DNA of 64,000 bases from Candidatus Marinacidobacterales bacterium (GCA_965237955.1 OZ250169.1:2944001-3008000), one strand, 5' to 3'. Positions 31,946 to 43,999 are shown, numbered from the stretch's first letter. Numbers and translations: made by a program. Notes: generated from the letters alone by a model not told the origin.

Positions 31946-32167
31946 ATGACGTCGTCCGTGGAAGAGATCACGGTTACCTGTCCGGACTGCGGACATGTCT
32001 ACAAGGACTGGTATCGCGGGTCGATCAACTTAGCGCTCGATGATTTCGATGCCGACTACCTGGAACAAGCGTCGACGACGACCTGTCCGATGTGCGGGGT
32101 CAAACATGACCTTGGAACGTTGTTTGCCCGTCGAGACGAAGATGGGAATACGATCTTCGAGATGTGA
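31946..32167 (+). CDS. Small zinc-ribbon protein (CpXC-like)
   Basis: TCPDCG ... TCPMCG; RBS GAGGAG. Confidence 0.7.
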   Translation: MTSSVEEITVTCPDCGHVYKDWYRGSINLALDDFDADYLEQASTTTCPMCGVKHDLGTLFARRDEDGNTIFEM

Positions 32168-32679
32168 CAGACAGAACATCCTCATGCGCGCGATCGTAGT
32201 CCCTATTAACTCCTCTGTTAGAATAGTTTAGGGGAGACGGCCCGAGGGTAAGCGGAACTAAGGAAACGAGTGCAAAGGCGATCGTCGAGTAAATGGCCTC
32301 GGCCGGCAGACCGGAGACTAATCAAGTTCGGTGCGCGCGGATGAATAAATAGAAGGCACAACCCGCATTACTCAGTGGTCTGGGAAAGCCCCGGGCCGCG
32401 GCTCCACCCCTACCCGGGGGCGTCCACAAAACTCGGCCCTTTTGAAATAGACCACAAATCAGCAGTTTAGACGCCCTTGGAATCCGCGCAGAATCGAGGG
32501 TATTTCGCGCCGCAGGGCTGACTTCCGACCCCTGGGCTGCGGGTGGCGAGCGACAGCCCACCGGTGGTGCGCACGGCTGGCTCAAATCGGCTGCGGGGCG
32601 AGCTACGGCCAGTGAACTGCGCACCCGGAAGTCCCTCATTAGACTGGACTTTATCGAGCAGAAGAGCGAACGTTCGGTG

Positions 32680-33111
32680 ATGCCGCAGGATACAGGGGTT
32701 GGCCGGAACGTCGTTTTGGACGGTTTGGACTTCGCCAGCTTACAGCGGGTCTGGGAGCAGACCTTTGGGGCTGCTCCTCCAAGCTCGCTCTCGCGTGTTT
32801 TCCTGCGCCGCGTTCTCTTGCACGAACGCCAGTGCCGGACCCATGGCGGGCTTTCGGCCGCAACCCGGCGCGCTCTGGCTGCCATGGCGAACGAGACACC
32901 AAGCTCCGGCGCTCCCGCAGGGTCCGTTTCTGCCGGCACCCATCTCGTCCGCGAGTGGAATGGCCGGACCTACCAGGTCGAGGTACTCGACAACGGCTAT
33001 CGGTTCGATGGCAAAACCTATCCGTCCCTCACTACCATCGCAAAGCGAATCACCGGCACCCACTGGTCTGGACCACGCTTTTTCGGTCTGACGCCCAAGC
33101 GCAAGGCCTAA
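32680..33111 (+). CDS. DUF2924 domain protein
   Basis: Near-identical to 14198-14629. Confidence 0.88.
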   Translation: MPQDTGVGRNVVLDGLDFASLQRVWEQTFGAAPPSSLSRVFLRRVLLHERQCRTHGGLSAATRRALAAMANETPSSGAPAGSVSAGTHLVREWNGRTYQVEVLDNGYRFDGKTYPSLTTIAKRITGTHWSGPRFFGLTPKRKA

Positions 33112-33112
33112 C

Positions 33113-34126
33113 ATGAAGAAGATCCGCTGTGCCATCTATACGCGAAAGAGTGCGGAAGAGGGTCTCGAACAGGCGTTCAACTCCCTCGATGCGCAGCGAG
33201 AAGCCTGCGCCGCGTATGTCGCGAGCCAGAAAGCGGAGGGCTGGGTGCTGCTGCCAACCGTCTACGAGGACGCGGGGCTCTCGGGAGGAACCCTGGAGCG
33301 CCTGGGCCTGCAGCGCTTGCTCGCCGACATCGACGCAGGTCTCGTCGACCAGATCGTGGTCTACAAGGTCGACCGGCTGACCCGTTCCCTCTCCGACTTT
33401 GCAAAGCTCGTCGAGCGGCTCGAGGCGGCCGGCTCGGTTTTCGTCTCGGTGACTCAGTCCTTCAACACCGCGACCAGCATGGGACGACTGACGCTGCATA
33501 TGCTGCTGTCCTTCGCACAATTCGAACGCGAGGTCACGGCCGAGCGGATCCGCGATAAGGTCGCTGCCTCCAAGCGCAAGGGACTATGGATGGGCGGCCG
33601 CGTACCGCTCGGCTATGAGAAGGACGAGCGCACGCTGCGCATCAACGAGGCTGAGGCCAAAACGGTCCAGACGCTCTATGCGCTGTACCGGAAGCACGGA
33701 ACGCTCCGGCAGGTGAAGGCCGAGGCGGACCGTCTGAGGCTGCGCACCAAGCGACGCTTCGCCGCGGATGGAACCCGGACAGGCGGGTTGCCGTTCCGTC
33801 GCGGACACCTCCACTGCCTGCTGACCAATCCTCTCTACGCCGGCCGTATCCGGCACCAGAGGCGTGTCTACGAGGGCCAGCATCCATCGATCATTGCTCC
33901 GGAGCTCTGGGACGCGGTCCAGGCGCAGCTGCAGGCAGGGGCTGCCAAACCAAGGAGACGCACGACGAAGGGCCGCGCAGCCCCCTCCCCGCTGGCAGGC
34001 AAGCTCTTCGACGAGACCGGGGACCGGCTGACGCCGAGCCACACCAAAAAGAAAAACGGGCAACGGCTCCGCTACTACGTCTCCCGGCGCCTCATCCCGT
34101 CCTGTGCCAAAACTCGGCCCTTTTGA
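33113..34126 (+). pseudogene. Large serine recombinase truncated by the A end at 34098
   Basis: Near-identical to 14631-15615, then PSCAKTRPF* from the repeat. Confidence 0.88.
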
Positions 34127-34390
34127 AATAGACCATAAATCAGCAGCTTAGTGTCTGTGTTTGCGACCGGGCCAAGGGCCGTAGGCTTTACAATCGTCTG
34201 GCCGAGGGTGTTATCTTCAGTTCCATGATGACGTACCACGTGCAATTCCTACTGCTCGTTCTGGCTGGGTCAACCGCCAGCAGCTAAAGGTTGGTGGTTC
34301 CTGGCGGTTCAGAAAAAGCGAGATCGACCAGTGGGCAGCAGGGAACGCGGCCTGGCCGGATGACACGGGAGAGCCGGTGGAGCGGAAGCA

Positions 34391-34560
34391 ATGACCATTC
34401 CAACGATATTTGAGACATGTCGGCCACGCGCGGATGTTCTCAAGGGAGCGATTACCGCGGCCGACTTTGCTGCGGACCTGGCCCAGGTCGTCATTGGCAC
34501 GGGCAATGCTGAATATCTTGATCCGGCCCGTTTCTTCGCCAACACCTATCCCACGAGGGG
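34391..34560 (+). pseudogene. DUF499 ATPase N-terminal fragment
   Basis: CRPRADVL.G....DFAADL.QV.....EY.DP..FF.NTYPT.G; cut by an E end. Confidence 0.75.
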
Positions 34561-35166
34561 TGTGCCTTCTATTTATTCATCCGCGCGCATCGAACTTGAT
34601 TAGTCTCCGGTCGGTGCTTCCGTCATCAAGTGTTGGTGAGATGACGCTAAGACTTTACGGTGCATTAAGTTACAGAAAAAATAGCGCTCGTGACCTTCGC
34701 TGCGCGCTAAATGGAGCGTAAGCGCCTCTTTTGCAAAGGGATGCGTACACATCACCAACAGTAAACAGCGCAAGCACCCGGCGTAGCGTGGAAACAGCTC
34801 AGGAACACGATTCGATATTCGCTCTCGACTAGGTGGTCATCTGCATGGTGACGGCCCGCCCAAAGGGTAGCTCTGCTCAATGGTTGTCGCGGGTCCCGCC
34901 GTCCACGCCGCATCGACTGCTCGCTTGTAACGTTGCCAGTGGATCAAGTTTCGGCACAGGACGCCATCGCATGTAATAATGATGTCGGCGTGCACACGAA
35001 GATGTTGCTGAACGTCAGGCACCGCCTGGTCAGCCCAGTCTGCATCGCCGAAAGAACTGTGTCCCTTCGAAATCAGGCTCAAACTCTAGCACGTGAGCGG
35101 GTTACGCGGCGGCCACCAACACTTGATTTCAGAAGCACCCGGGTCGAAGTGGAGCGGGTTTAGCTT

Positions 35167-35778
35167 GTGAAACTCCCAAGCCATTCTCTATTACTGCCCG
35201 GTCTTCTCGTCGCGCTCTCCCAGCCTGTCGCCGGACGCGAGAAGTTTCCCGGCCGTATCGGTGGCGAAGGCCGCATCGGCCAAGCGGCACCCCCCTTCGA
35301 GCTAAAAGCGTGGTTGAACGCGGATCCGCTCGAGCCGGCCGACTTGAAGGGAAATGTACTACTCGTCCGTTGGTGGACGGACACTTGTCCCTTTTGCTCC
35401 ACGACGGCGCCCGTGCTGCGAGAGCTCAACCGCAAGTACCGAGGTCGGGGCCTCCGGGTCATCGGCATCTTTCACCCCAAGCCGCCCGGCGATAGGAGCG
35501 TCGAACGGCTGCGGCGGGCGACCGAGCGCTTCGGCTTCACCTTCCCGGTGGCCCTCGACGCGGATTGGATAGCGCTCCACCGCTGGTGGCTCGACCACGA
35601 GGTACAGGCGTGGACCTCCGTTTCCTTCCTCGTCGACAAGCAGGGTGTCGTCCGCTACGTCCACCCCGGCGGCGAGTACCATCTGGGAGAAGCTGGACTC
35701 CACTGGCGGAACCACGAAAGCTGCCATCGGGAATACCGCGAGATAGAAGACACCATTCTCAAACTCCTCGACAACTAA
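35167..35778 (+). CDS. TlpA/redoxin-like thioredoxin-fold protein
   Basis: LKGNVLLVRWWTDTCPFC, SFLVDKQGVVR. Confidence 0.8.
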   Translation: MKLPSHSLLLPGLLVALSQPVAGREKFPGRIGGEGRIGQAAPPFELKAWLNADPLEPADLKGNVLLVRWWTDTCPFCSTTAPVLRELNRKYRGRGLRVIGIFHPKPPGDRSVERLRRATERFGFTFPVALDADWIALHRWWLDHEVQAWTSVSFLVDKQGVVRYVHPGGEYHLGEAGLHWRNHESCHREYREIEDTILKLLDN

Positions 35779-35886
35779 TCCCCACGAGGAGCAACGCCGC
35801 CAGCGCGAAAAAGGACGAGGAATTTTACGGTAGAATTAGCGGGTTCGGGCGCTCAACGCCTCGATTCTGGCTCGGGAAAGGCACGG

Positions 35887-36756
35887 ATGATGAAAAAGAC
35901 CGTGTTTTTGGTTTCAGCAGCAACGTGGGTCGTGACTGGTCTCGCGGCCGCCCAGCCGGACTTCGACGCCGTGGAAATGACGGTGTATCCGGTCGTGGGC
36001 CAGGTGTCCTACATCGAAGGCGCCGGCGGGAACATCGGGCTCTTCGTCGGTGAGGACGGCGTGTTCTTGATCGATGATCAATATGCTCCGTTGACTGACA
36101 AGATTGTTGCCGCAGTGCGAACCGTTTCCGACAAACCGATTCGCTTTCTCGTCAACACTCACATGCATCCGGATCACACCGGCGGCAATGAGAATTTTGG
36201 AAAAATGGGAACGCTCATCTTCGGTCACGACAACGTCCGGGCGCAGATGGCCAAGGCCGGTTACGACCAAGATCCGCCGCTCGTTACTTACGGCGACGAC
36301 ATGTCGTTCCATATCAACGGCGAGACCGTGTACGTGTTCAAGACACCGGACGCGCACACGAACAACGATTCCTACATCGTGTTCAAGGACTCGAACGCCG
36401 TCCATACCGGCGATATCTACCGAACGACGAGCTACCCCTACATCGACACTGCCAACGGCGGCAGGTTTCTCGGTACGATCAAAGCGCTCGACCTTCTCGT
36501 CGAGGTTTCGAACGCCGACACCAAGATCATCCCGGGCCACGGTGCGACGTCCAACGTCAAAGAAGTAAGAGCGTGGCGCAACATGCTCTTGGTCATCCGG
36601 GATCGGGTTCAGTCGGCCATCGCCGACGGCAAGACGCTGGAACAGATACAAGCGGCAGGGCTGACGAAAGAATACGACGAGCGTTGGGATAGCGGCCAGC
36701 GTATCGGCGGCGCAGCTGCCATGCTCGAATCCGCGTACAAAGATTTCGCACCGTGA
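35887..36756 (+). CDS. MBL-fold metallo-hydrolase (cyclase-like), exported
   Basis: NTHMHPDHTGGN, AHTNND, HTGD, IPGHG. Confidence 0.88.
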   Translation: MMKKTVFLVSAATWVVTGLAAAQPDFDAVEMTVYPVVGQVSYIEGAGGNIGLFVGEDGVFLIDDQYAPLTDKIVAAVRTVSDKPIRFLVNTHMHPDHTGGNENFGKMGTLIFGHDNVRAQMAKAGYDQDPPLVTYGDDMSFHINGETVYVFKTPDAHTNNDSYIVFKDSNAVHTGDIYRTTSYPYIDTANGGRFLGTIKALDLLVEVSNADTKIIPGHGATSNVKEVRAWRNMLLVIRDRVQSAIADGKTLEQIQAAGLTKEYDERWDSGQRIGGAAAMLESAYKDFAP

Positions 36757-37241
36757 GCTTGATAGCGGCTGTACTCATTGCTTCCGGTTTGGGTTTTGAC
36801 GCCCCAGCGGAGTGGGTGTCGAAGCTGTCGTCTTCTTCGATGCGCGTCGCCGTTTGGGAGCTCACCGGCGACGACGCTCCTGCCGAAGTCGTGATCTTCT
36901 ATTTCGGTGAGGGATCTGGAGGCGGTGTCGAAGCCAACCTCGCACGTTGGTTCGGCCAGTTCGAGCAACCGGACGGTTCGAGCACGCGCGACAGAGCGAC
37001 CATCACCGAGCGCACCGTGAACGGACTCGAGCTCACCGTCGCAGACATGCGCGGGACGTTCGTCGCTCCGGTAAGGCCCGGAGCGCCACAGCGCAACGAC
37101 CGTCCTGGATACCGGATGATCGGCGCCGTTGCCGAAGGAGGCACGGGCCCGTGGTACATCCGCGTGCTCGGCCCCGAAGCGACGATGGCGAAATGGGAAG
37201 CGAGCGTCGAGGATTTTCTCTCCTCGCTCCGCCTCGAATAG
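36753..37241 (+). CDS. Hypothetical exported protein
   Basis: Overlapping GTGA start/stop with the upstream gene; GGGVEANLARW.GQF motif. Confidence 0.7.
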   Translation: MSLIAAVLIASGLGFDAPAEWVSKLSSSSMRVAVWELTGDDAPAEVVIFYFGEGSGGGVEANLARWFGQFEQPDGSSTRDRATITERTVNGLELTVADMRGTFVAPVRPGAPQRNDRPGYRMIGAVAEGGTGPWYIRVLGPEATMAKWEASVEDFLSSLRLE

Positions 37242-37923
37242 ACGCTAAGGCGGAACGAGGCGCTCGAGCCCATTATCTTTGGGGGCAGTCAGCTAGTTTT
37301 TCGTCAACATCGCCTGGACATATCTGTGCTGTGATCCGCAAAAGAGAAGATCGCGTATTGACGGGCAGACAGCCATGGGAGTTGAGGTCCTGCGAACTCG
37401 TCTTCGCCTCGGTGGAGGTTCTGCACTCTGTCGCTGCCGGGCCACCGACGCAATAACGTGCTTGAGAAAGAACGCTTTGTTCCCCGTCCTGTGCCAAAAC
37501 TCGGCCCTTTTGAAATAGCCGATAAATCAGCAGCTTAGCGTCTGTGTTTTGCGACGGTGCCAAGGGCTGTGGGCTTTACAATCGTCTGGCTCGAGGGTGT
37601 TATCTTCGGATCCATCATGACGTACCATGTGCAAATCCTACTGTTGGTCAGGCAGCCGTTGTTCGATCGGGCAGCCCTTGCTGCTCACACAGACCTCATG
37701 GGTGCTTCCGCCATTAAGTGTTGGTAAAATGACGCTAAGACTTTGCGGTGCATTAAATTACAGCCATGGTCTTTCAAAAGGGCCGAGTTTTGGCACAGGA
37801 CGGGTATGAGTCGCATCGTGTGCTCACTGGAGAAGAAGCGGTGACCGGCGCCATCACTTTGCCATTGGGGGTTCACCAACGATTCGATGTTTGGTCGGCA
37901 AGTAAAACCTAGGGAGTGCAAGA

Positions 37924-39393
37924 ATGAAGACTGTCTTTCTTTCGGTTTTGTCTATCGTTGTGTCCACCGCGCTTGGAAGCACAACGCTCCTGACGGCAAC
38001 GCCCAGCACCGCCGGGGAACCGCTACTGGCCCAAGGCGAAGAACCACTCACCGACCGCTATCGAGAGGCCGCCGGCCGGATTCTCGGTGCCGCGCTTCAA
38101 GATGTGGAAGGCTGGGAGAAAGTCACGTACCTCACGACCGATATAGGCCACCGGCTGAGTGGCTCGTCTGCACTGGAAAGAGCCATCGAGTGGGCGCATG
38201 CCCGGATGAAAGCAGAGGAGCTTCAGAACGTGCGGCTCCAACCCGTCAAGGTCCCTCACTGGGTGCGGGGGAAAGAGTACGCGGAGGTCGTGTCGCCGGT
38301 CGGGAAACCGCTCGGGATACTGGGGCTCGGAGGAAGCGTGGGAACGCCGCCGGAGGGGATCACCGCCCCGATCGTGGTGGCGCGAAGCTTCGACGAGCTC
38401 GAAGCGCTCGGGCGGGAGAAGGTGGAAGGGAAGACGGTGCTCTATGCCCCACCCTGGATGGACTATTCGCGTAATGTAGCGTACCGCCGCGACGGCGCTT
38501 CGCGAGCGGCGAAACTGGGAGCGGTTGCAGCTCTCGTCCGCTCGGTGACCGATCGGAGCCTCTATACTCCCCACACCGGCGCCATGCGATACGCGGATGA
38601 CATCCCCCGGATTCCCGCCGCCGCGGTAACGGTCGAGGACATGTATTGGATGCAACGGATGACGAAAGCCGGGCACGAGGTCGAGGTCAAGCTCTATATG
38701 GAAGCCAAGAATCTACCGGAAGCAGATTCCGCCAATGTGATCGCGGAGATCGTGGGAAGCGAAGAGCCGGAAGAGATCGTTGTGATGGGCGGACACTTTG
38801 ACTCATGGGACGTGGGCCAAGGCGCCCACGACGACGGCGCGGCCTGCATTGCCGCCTGGCAGGCTCTCAAGATCTTGAGAGATCTCGGGTTGCGCCCGCG
38901 CCGAACGTTGCGGGTCGTGCTTTGGACGAACGAGGAGAATGGGCTCGCGGGTGGTCGAGCCTACCGCGAGTCGGTTGGAGACGACATCGGCAATCACGTC
39001 GCCGCCATCGAAATGGATGGCGGAGTCGAAAAACCCATCGGATTCGGCTTCGGCCTCGAAGGCGTCAACCGCGAGGACACGAGCAATCCGACCTACGAGG
39101 TCGCTCTCGAAAAGCTCCGACAGATCGGGCGTTTACTGGACGGTATCAACGCCGGCCAGATTCAGCGCGGAGGAGGGGGAGCGGACATCGGCCCTCTCAT
39201 GCAAGATGGCGTTCCCGGGCTGGCTGCTCGAAACGTGCACAACCTCTACCTGGACTTGCATCATACGCACGCTGACACGCTCGACAAGGTCGATCCTCAA
39301 GACTTCCGTCAGTCCATTGCCATACTGGCCGTCATGGGGTACGTGCTCGCCGACATGCCCGGCCGGCTGGTTCCCACGGGGACAAACAAGTAA
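37924..39393 (+). CDS. M28 family peptidase (carboxypeptidase Q-like)
   Basis: GHRLSGS, PHTG, GGHFDSWD, AHDDG, NEENG, HHT.ADT. Confidence 0.9.
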   Translation: MKTVFLSVLSIVVSTALGSTTLLTATPSTAGEPLLAQGEEPLTDRYREAAGRILGAALQDVEGWEKVTYLTTDIGHRLSGSSALERAIEWAHARMKAEELQNVRLQPVKVPHWVRGKEYAEVVSPVGKPLGILGLGGSVGTPPEGITAPIVVARSFDELEALGREKVEGKTVLYAPPWMDYSRNVAYRRDGASRAAKLGAVAALVRSVTDRSLYTPHTGAMRYADDIPRIPAAAVTVEDMYWMQRMTKAGHEVEVKLYMEAKNLPEADSANVIAEIVGSEEPEEIVVMGGHFDSWDVGQGAHDDGAACIAAWQALKILRDLGLRPRRTLRVVLWTNEENGLAGGRAYRESVGDDIGNHVAAIEMDGGVEKPIGFGFGLEGVNREDTSNPTYEVALEKLRQIGRLLDGINAGQIQRGGGGADIGPLMQDGVPGLAARNVHNLYLDLHHTHADTLDKVDPQDFRQSIAILAVMGYVLADMPGRLVPTGTNK

Positions 39394-39730
39394 AGCAGGT
39401 CTTCCCGTGTTGGACAGCCCAGCAATGGTTTGTTTGGGCAGGGGTCCTGAGTCCTCTCCTGAATCCCGTCCTGTGCCAAAACTCGGCCCTTTTGAAATAG
39501 ACCACAAATCAGCAGCTTAGACGCCCTTGGAATCCGCGCAGAATCGAGGGTATTTCGCGCCGCAGGGCTGGCTTCCGACCCCAGAGCTGCGGGTGGCGAG
39601 CGACAGGCCCACCGGGGGTGCGCACGGCTGGCTCAAATCGGCTGCGGGGCGAGCTACGGGCAGCGGACTGCGCACCCGGAAGTCCCTCATTAGACTGGAC
39701 TTTATCGAGCACAAGAGCGAACGTTCGGGG

Positions 39731-40204
39731 ATGCCGCAGGATACAGGGGTTGGCCGGAACGTCGTTTTGGACGGTTTGGACTTCGCCAGCTTACGGCGGG
39801 TCTGGGAGCAGACCTTTGGGGCTGCTCCTCCAAGCTCGCTCTCGCGTGTTTTCCTGCGCCGCGTTCTCTTGCACGAACGCCAGTGCCGGACCCATGGCGG
39901 GCTTTCGGCTACAACCCGGCGCGCTCTGGCTGCCATGGTGAACGAGACACCAAGCCCTGGTGCTCCCGCAGGGTCCGTTTCTGCCGGCACCCATCTCGTC
40001 CGCGAGTGGAATGGCCGGACCTACCAGGTCGAGGTAATCGACAACGGCTATCGGTTCGATGGCAAAACCTATCCGTCCCTCACTACCATCGCAAAGCGAA
40101 TCACCGGCACCCACTGGTCAGGACCACGCTTTTTCGGTCTGACGCCCAAGCGCAAGGCCTAACATGAAGAAGATCCGCTGTGCCATCTATACGCGAAAGA
40201 GTGC
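39731..40204 (+). CDS. DUF2924 protein (39731-40162) plus the first 13 codons of the recombinase, cut by IS5
   Basis: Similarity to the 14198 module. Confidence 0.85.
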
Positions 40205-41288
40205 CTTGGTGCACAACTCCGATAGAGGCCGAGAGCTCGCTTGGCCCCGACTCCCATCATCCGGTCATCTCGCTATCAGGCATCCCGAGCGCCGTCATCG
40301 TGTTGAGAATCTTGCACCCGATCCTTGCCTCGACTCTCTGTGCCGCCAACCCTCTCGCTCGCATCGCTGAGCCCACGATAGCCTTGTAGCGATGGAACGT
40401 TGTCTCGACTTTGCTCCGTTTGCTGTAGCCCGATTCTGTGTGCCACTTTCGTTTGCCGAGCCGAGCTTGTGCTGCAATGTTGCGATTACGCTGTCGGCTG
40501 CTCGCCGGCCCCGATGCGAGCTGGGCGCCCTTGCGCGGCGGTATCAGCACCCTCGGCGAGCGATGAGCGCTGTGATTCTCGATCGCCTCATAGACGCCGC
40601 TGGCGTCGTATGCGGTGTCAGCTCTGGCCGATGAGATGGGACTGTCGATCTGTCCGACAAGCGATGCAACCCGCGATGAATCGCGGGCTCTTTTGCTCGT
40701 CAGCTCGCCGGCGACGACTTCGCCACTCTGCTCGTCGACACACAGATGGAGCTTGCGATAGTCCCTGCTCTTTGGTGCTCTGCGCAGCTGGCCGGCGTGG
40801 ACAGCGAGACCGCTGCTGTCGATCAAGATGTGCAACGGCGTCTTCTGCTTGTCTTGGTAGAAGGGGACCTTACCCAGCTTCGCCTTGCGCCTCGAGATCG
40901 TGGTGTGATTGGGCACATCATTGTCTAGCTTCATCAGAGCGAACAACGATCGCAGCAATCCCTCGCTCTGCCTAGATGACAGATGAAACACCATGCCCAG
41001 GGTGACAGCCGTCTCGATGGCGTGGTTCGAGTACTTGCGTTGACGGCCCGGTTTCCTCCTCCTCGGCCGGGGCGCGTCCCAGTTCACAAGCTTGCCGGCG
41101 GTGAGCGAGATCCAGACGGTCAGGCTCCCGCGGTTGCGCAGACCCGCCTCATATTCACGCCAATTCCTCACGCGATAGGCCTTCTTCACATACTTCCGCT
41201 GAGTGCGTTTGAAAATGCTCATGGGGAACCTCGAATCCGTGAGTAAAGGACAATTGTGGACCGAGATCGCGAGTTGTGCACCAAGGCA
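40202..41288 (-). mobile_element. IS5 family element with intact transposase ORF 40257-41222
   Basis: TIR GCCTTGGTGCACAACTC; YRVRNWREYE, IDSSG, YRKLH, DTAYD, RSKVET; exact ends uncertain by +/-2 nt. Confidence 0.88.
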
Positions 41289-41412
41289 CGCACTCGCTGG
41301 TATGATCCCCGAGGCGATAGGGGACATCCTTGCGCACGTCAGTGCGTTAACGTCGAACCTCGCTGTCATCTTCACGCTGAACCAAAACACTATGAGGGAA
41401 GGAGATATTTCA

Positions 41413-42960
41413 GTGTACAAATGGATCATTGGACTGATTCTCGCAGCCGTGCCGGTCCAGGCACAGCCGAACCGGAAAGCCCTGTGGTTGACCCATCCTG
41501 CCGAGGCACCAGAAGCAGCCCGCATGGTGAGCCATAAGTTATCTGCTGGTCAGCTAGTCCAGGCCAGAAGCCAGCGTGACGGCCAGATCTCAGGCCGGAC
41601 CCACGAACGGATGGACCAGCACCACCAGGGGGTGCGTGTCGTTGGAGGACAGTTAGTCTCTCATCAGGATTCCGGAAGCGTCCTTTCGGTAACTGGGAAC
41701 TTCTACGAGAACATACAGCTTGATACAACACCGTCGCTAACTGAATCCGAAGCACAGGACATTGCCCTCAGAGGTGAGGATGAGGGTGCATTTGTGGTCG
41801 GGAGTGCTGAGCTTGTCGTACTTCCCCTCGAGGAGCGGTTTCACCTCGCCTACTCATTCCACGTACGCAGCCCCGGCGGGCTCTTCGCCGTGTACGTTGA
41901 CGCACACTCCGGCGCCATCGTGCTGCGCTACGACGACACCCGCACCCAGAGCGTCATTGGATTGGGAATCGGCACCTGGGGCGACGAGAAGAAGATTAGC
42001 GTTGAGATGTCTGGCGGAGAGTATAGAGCCGTTGACGTGCTCCGGCCATTCAATATCAGAACCTACAATGTGAAATTCGACTTCCGCGCATGGGCCAGAT
42101 TAAGAGCCCAGGGCCATTTCTACATTGCCAAGGACAGCGACAACGAGTGGAGAGATGGAGCGGTCGTAGACGCACACACCTACTCAGGCTACACCTACGA
42201 CTACTATTTCAAGAGGCATGGCCGCTATGGCATCGATGACCTTGGCACCGCAGCAGTAAATTTCGTTCACTTCATCCATGCTGGACCACACCGCTACGCC
42301 GGCAGTGCCTTCTATTATTTCCCAGATAACTCGATGAATTTCGGGGATGGGGACGGAGTGAATACAACCTTCTACTCAAGCGCACTGGATATAGTCGCGC
42401 ACGAACTGACCCACGGAGTGGTCCATTTCACATCGAGTCTGATCTACCTCAATGAATCGGGAGCGCTGAACGAGGCTTTCTGCGACATCATAGGAACCTC
42501 CGCGGAGTTCTTCTTCCAGCCTCCAGGAAACGGGCGTAATATGGCGGATTGGGTGGAAGGAGAGGACATTTTCATCAACTTTGGGCCGTACTTCCGGTCT
42601 TTCTCGGATCCAAGCAGTGCAGGGAGTTACTACCCTGATCACTACAGCAAGCGTTATACAGGAACCCTTGACCGCGGCGGTGTTCACATAAACTCAAGCA
42701 TCGCCAACCACGCCTTCTACCTGATGGTCGAGGGCGGCACCAACCGAACTTCAGGTATAGCGGTGAACGGGCTCGGACGCAGCCAGATGGACAGGATTGA
42801 AAGCGTCTTCTACCGGGCCTTCACTCTGTATCTCGTGCCGAGCTCGAACTTCTCCGACGCCAGGCGAGCGACGCTATTGGCTGCCAGGGAACTCTACGGG
42901 CAGGGCAGCCCAGAGGAACGGGTAGTTACAGCGGGATGGAACGCCGTAGGCGTGCAATGA
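41413..42960 (+). CDS. M4 family (thermolysin-like) metallopeptidase
   Basis: Signal peptide, FTP/PepSY-like propeptide, AHELTHG, GALNEAF.D, GGVHINS. Confidence 0.9.
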   Translation: MYKWIIGLILAAVPVQAQPNRKALWLTHPAEAPEAARMVSHKLSAGQLVQARSQRDGQISGRTHERMDQHHQGVRVVGGQLVSHQDSGSVLSVTGNFYENIQLDTTPSLTESEAQDIALRGEDEGAFVVGSAELVVLPLEERFHLAYSFHVRSPGGLFAVYVDAHSGAIVLRYDDTRTQSVIGLGIGTWGDEKKISVEMSGGEYRAVDVLRPFNIRTYNVKFDFRAWARLRAQGHFYIAKDSDNEWRDGAVVDAHTYSGYTYDYYFKRHGRYGIDDLGTAAVNFVHFIHAGPHRYAGSAFYYFPDNSMNFGDGDGVNTTFYSSALDIVAHELTHGVVHFTSSLIYLNESGALNEAFCDIIGTSAEFFFQPPGNGRNMADWVEGEDIFINFGPYFRSFSDPSSAGSYYPDHYSKRYTGTLDRGGVHINSSIANHAFYLMVEGGTNRTSGIAVNGLGRSQMDRIESVFYRAFTLYLVPSSNFSDARRATLLAARELYGQGSPEERVVTAGWNAVGVQ

Positions 42961-43721
42961 AGACAATCATGAAAAGACTAAGTGTGTTGCTGTTTACGGT
43001 TGCACCGATGCTCCCACTTATCGCGGGTGCTCAGGAGGCCCCCGAGGAGAATAAAGCCAAGAAGTTCCAGTTCCTGTTCAATGTGTACTACCAGTCGATG
43101 GTCCGGGATTTCAGTGAATCCACGAGCTTCACGAAGGACCTTGAGCAAGGCACTACTACCCGGTCGTACTCGGGAGGAGACGGCTCTTCGTTCGAGATGG
43201 GCGGGGCGTTTTCGCTGACGCCGAAGTTAGCGATCGTGACAAGCGTTGAAATCTTGTCTTCAGTCCATGAAGGCACCTTGGAGATCTCCTCTCCCCATCC
43301 CCTGCTGTTCAACCGGCCCCGAGAGACAAGCATGCCAGCCGATGCCCTCGACTACTACGAGTTCACCGTGCACGCAAATGTTACGTATAGGATTCCTGTG
43401 TCCAAGATGGAAATTGAACTCTTTGCCGGGCCAAGCATGTTCTTTCCAGAAATCGAATTAATTGACCAGGCAACAACCGACTCACAGTACCCGTTCGATG
43501 AACTGACAATCACATCCTCGAGGAATGTCACCCTGGAGGAGAGAGCCATCGGATTCAATGTAGGAGGAGGTGTGACCTACTACTTGACTGAGTCGCTAGG
43601 ACTCTCCTTCGTGACGAGATACAGCCGGGCCAGCCTGGAGGCCATGCGGGAGGGCGGGCAGCCGATCTCATTGGAGCTTGGAGGTTTACGGGTTGGAGGC
43701 GGTTTCAGATTGAGGTTTTAA
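42957..43721 (+). CDS. Outer-membrane beta-barrel protein
   Basis: Signal peptide, amphipathic strands, C-terminal GFRLRF. Confidence 0.7.
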   Translation: MKTIMKRLSVLLFTVAPMLPLIAGAQEAPEENKAKKFQFLFNVYYQSMVRDFSESTSFTKDLEQGTTTRSYSGGDGSSFEMGGAFSLTPKLAIVTSVEILSSVHEGTLEISSPHPLLFNRPRETSMPADALDYYEFTVHANVTYRIPVSKMEIELFAGPSMFFPEIELIDQATTDSQYPFDELTITSSRNVTLEERAIGFNVGGGVTYYLTESLGLSFVTRYSRASLEAMREGGQPISLELGGLRVGGGFRLRF

Positions 43722-43783
43722 GAGGCAAGCCGTTAAACGGTAATAATCAGGGGTGCGGCAGCCGCCAGTGGTGGATCTGTCCC

Positions 43784-43875
43784 TGTGCCTTCTATTTATT
43801 CATCCGCGCGCACCGAACTTGCTAAGCTGCTGATTTATGGTCTATTTCGAAAGATCCGAGTTTTGGCACAGGACG
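43784..43875 (+). mobile_element. 92-bp hybrid E-A miniature element
   Basis: 38 bp of E end fused to an inverted 54-bp A core. Confidence 0.75.
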
Positions 43876-43999
43876 CGGTCCTAATCGACACCCCCTCAGA
43901 AGACTAGCCCTAAATTTGCGATTTCTCCTTTTTTCTCAATCCCTTACAGGCTTCAGGACGGGTACTAACTAACACTTGATTGCGGAACCACGTCACCCT

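Noticed and set aside
41203-41525. Long N-terminal extensions of the M4 protease (41203) and IS5 transposase (41525)
   Set aside because: They cross the IS5 end; the better starts are 41413 and 41222.
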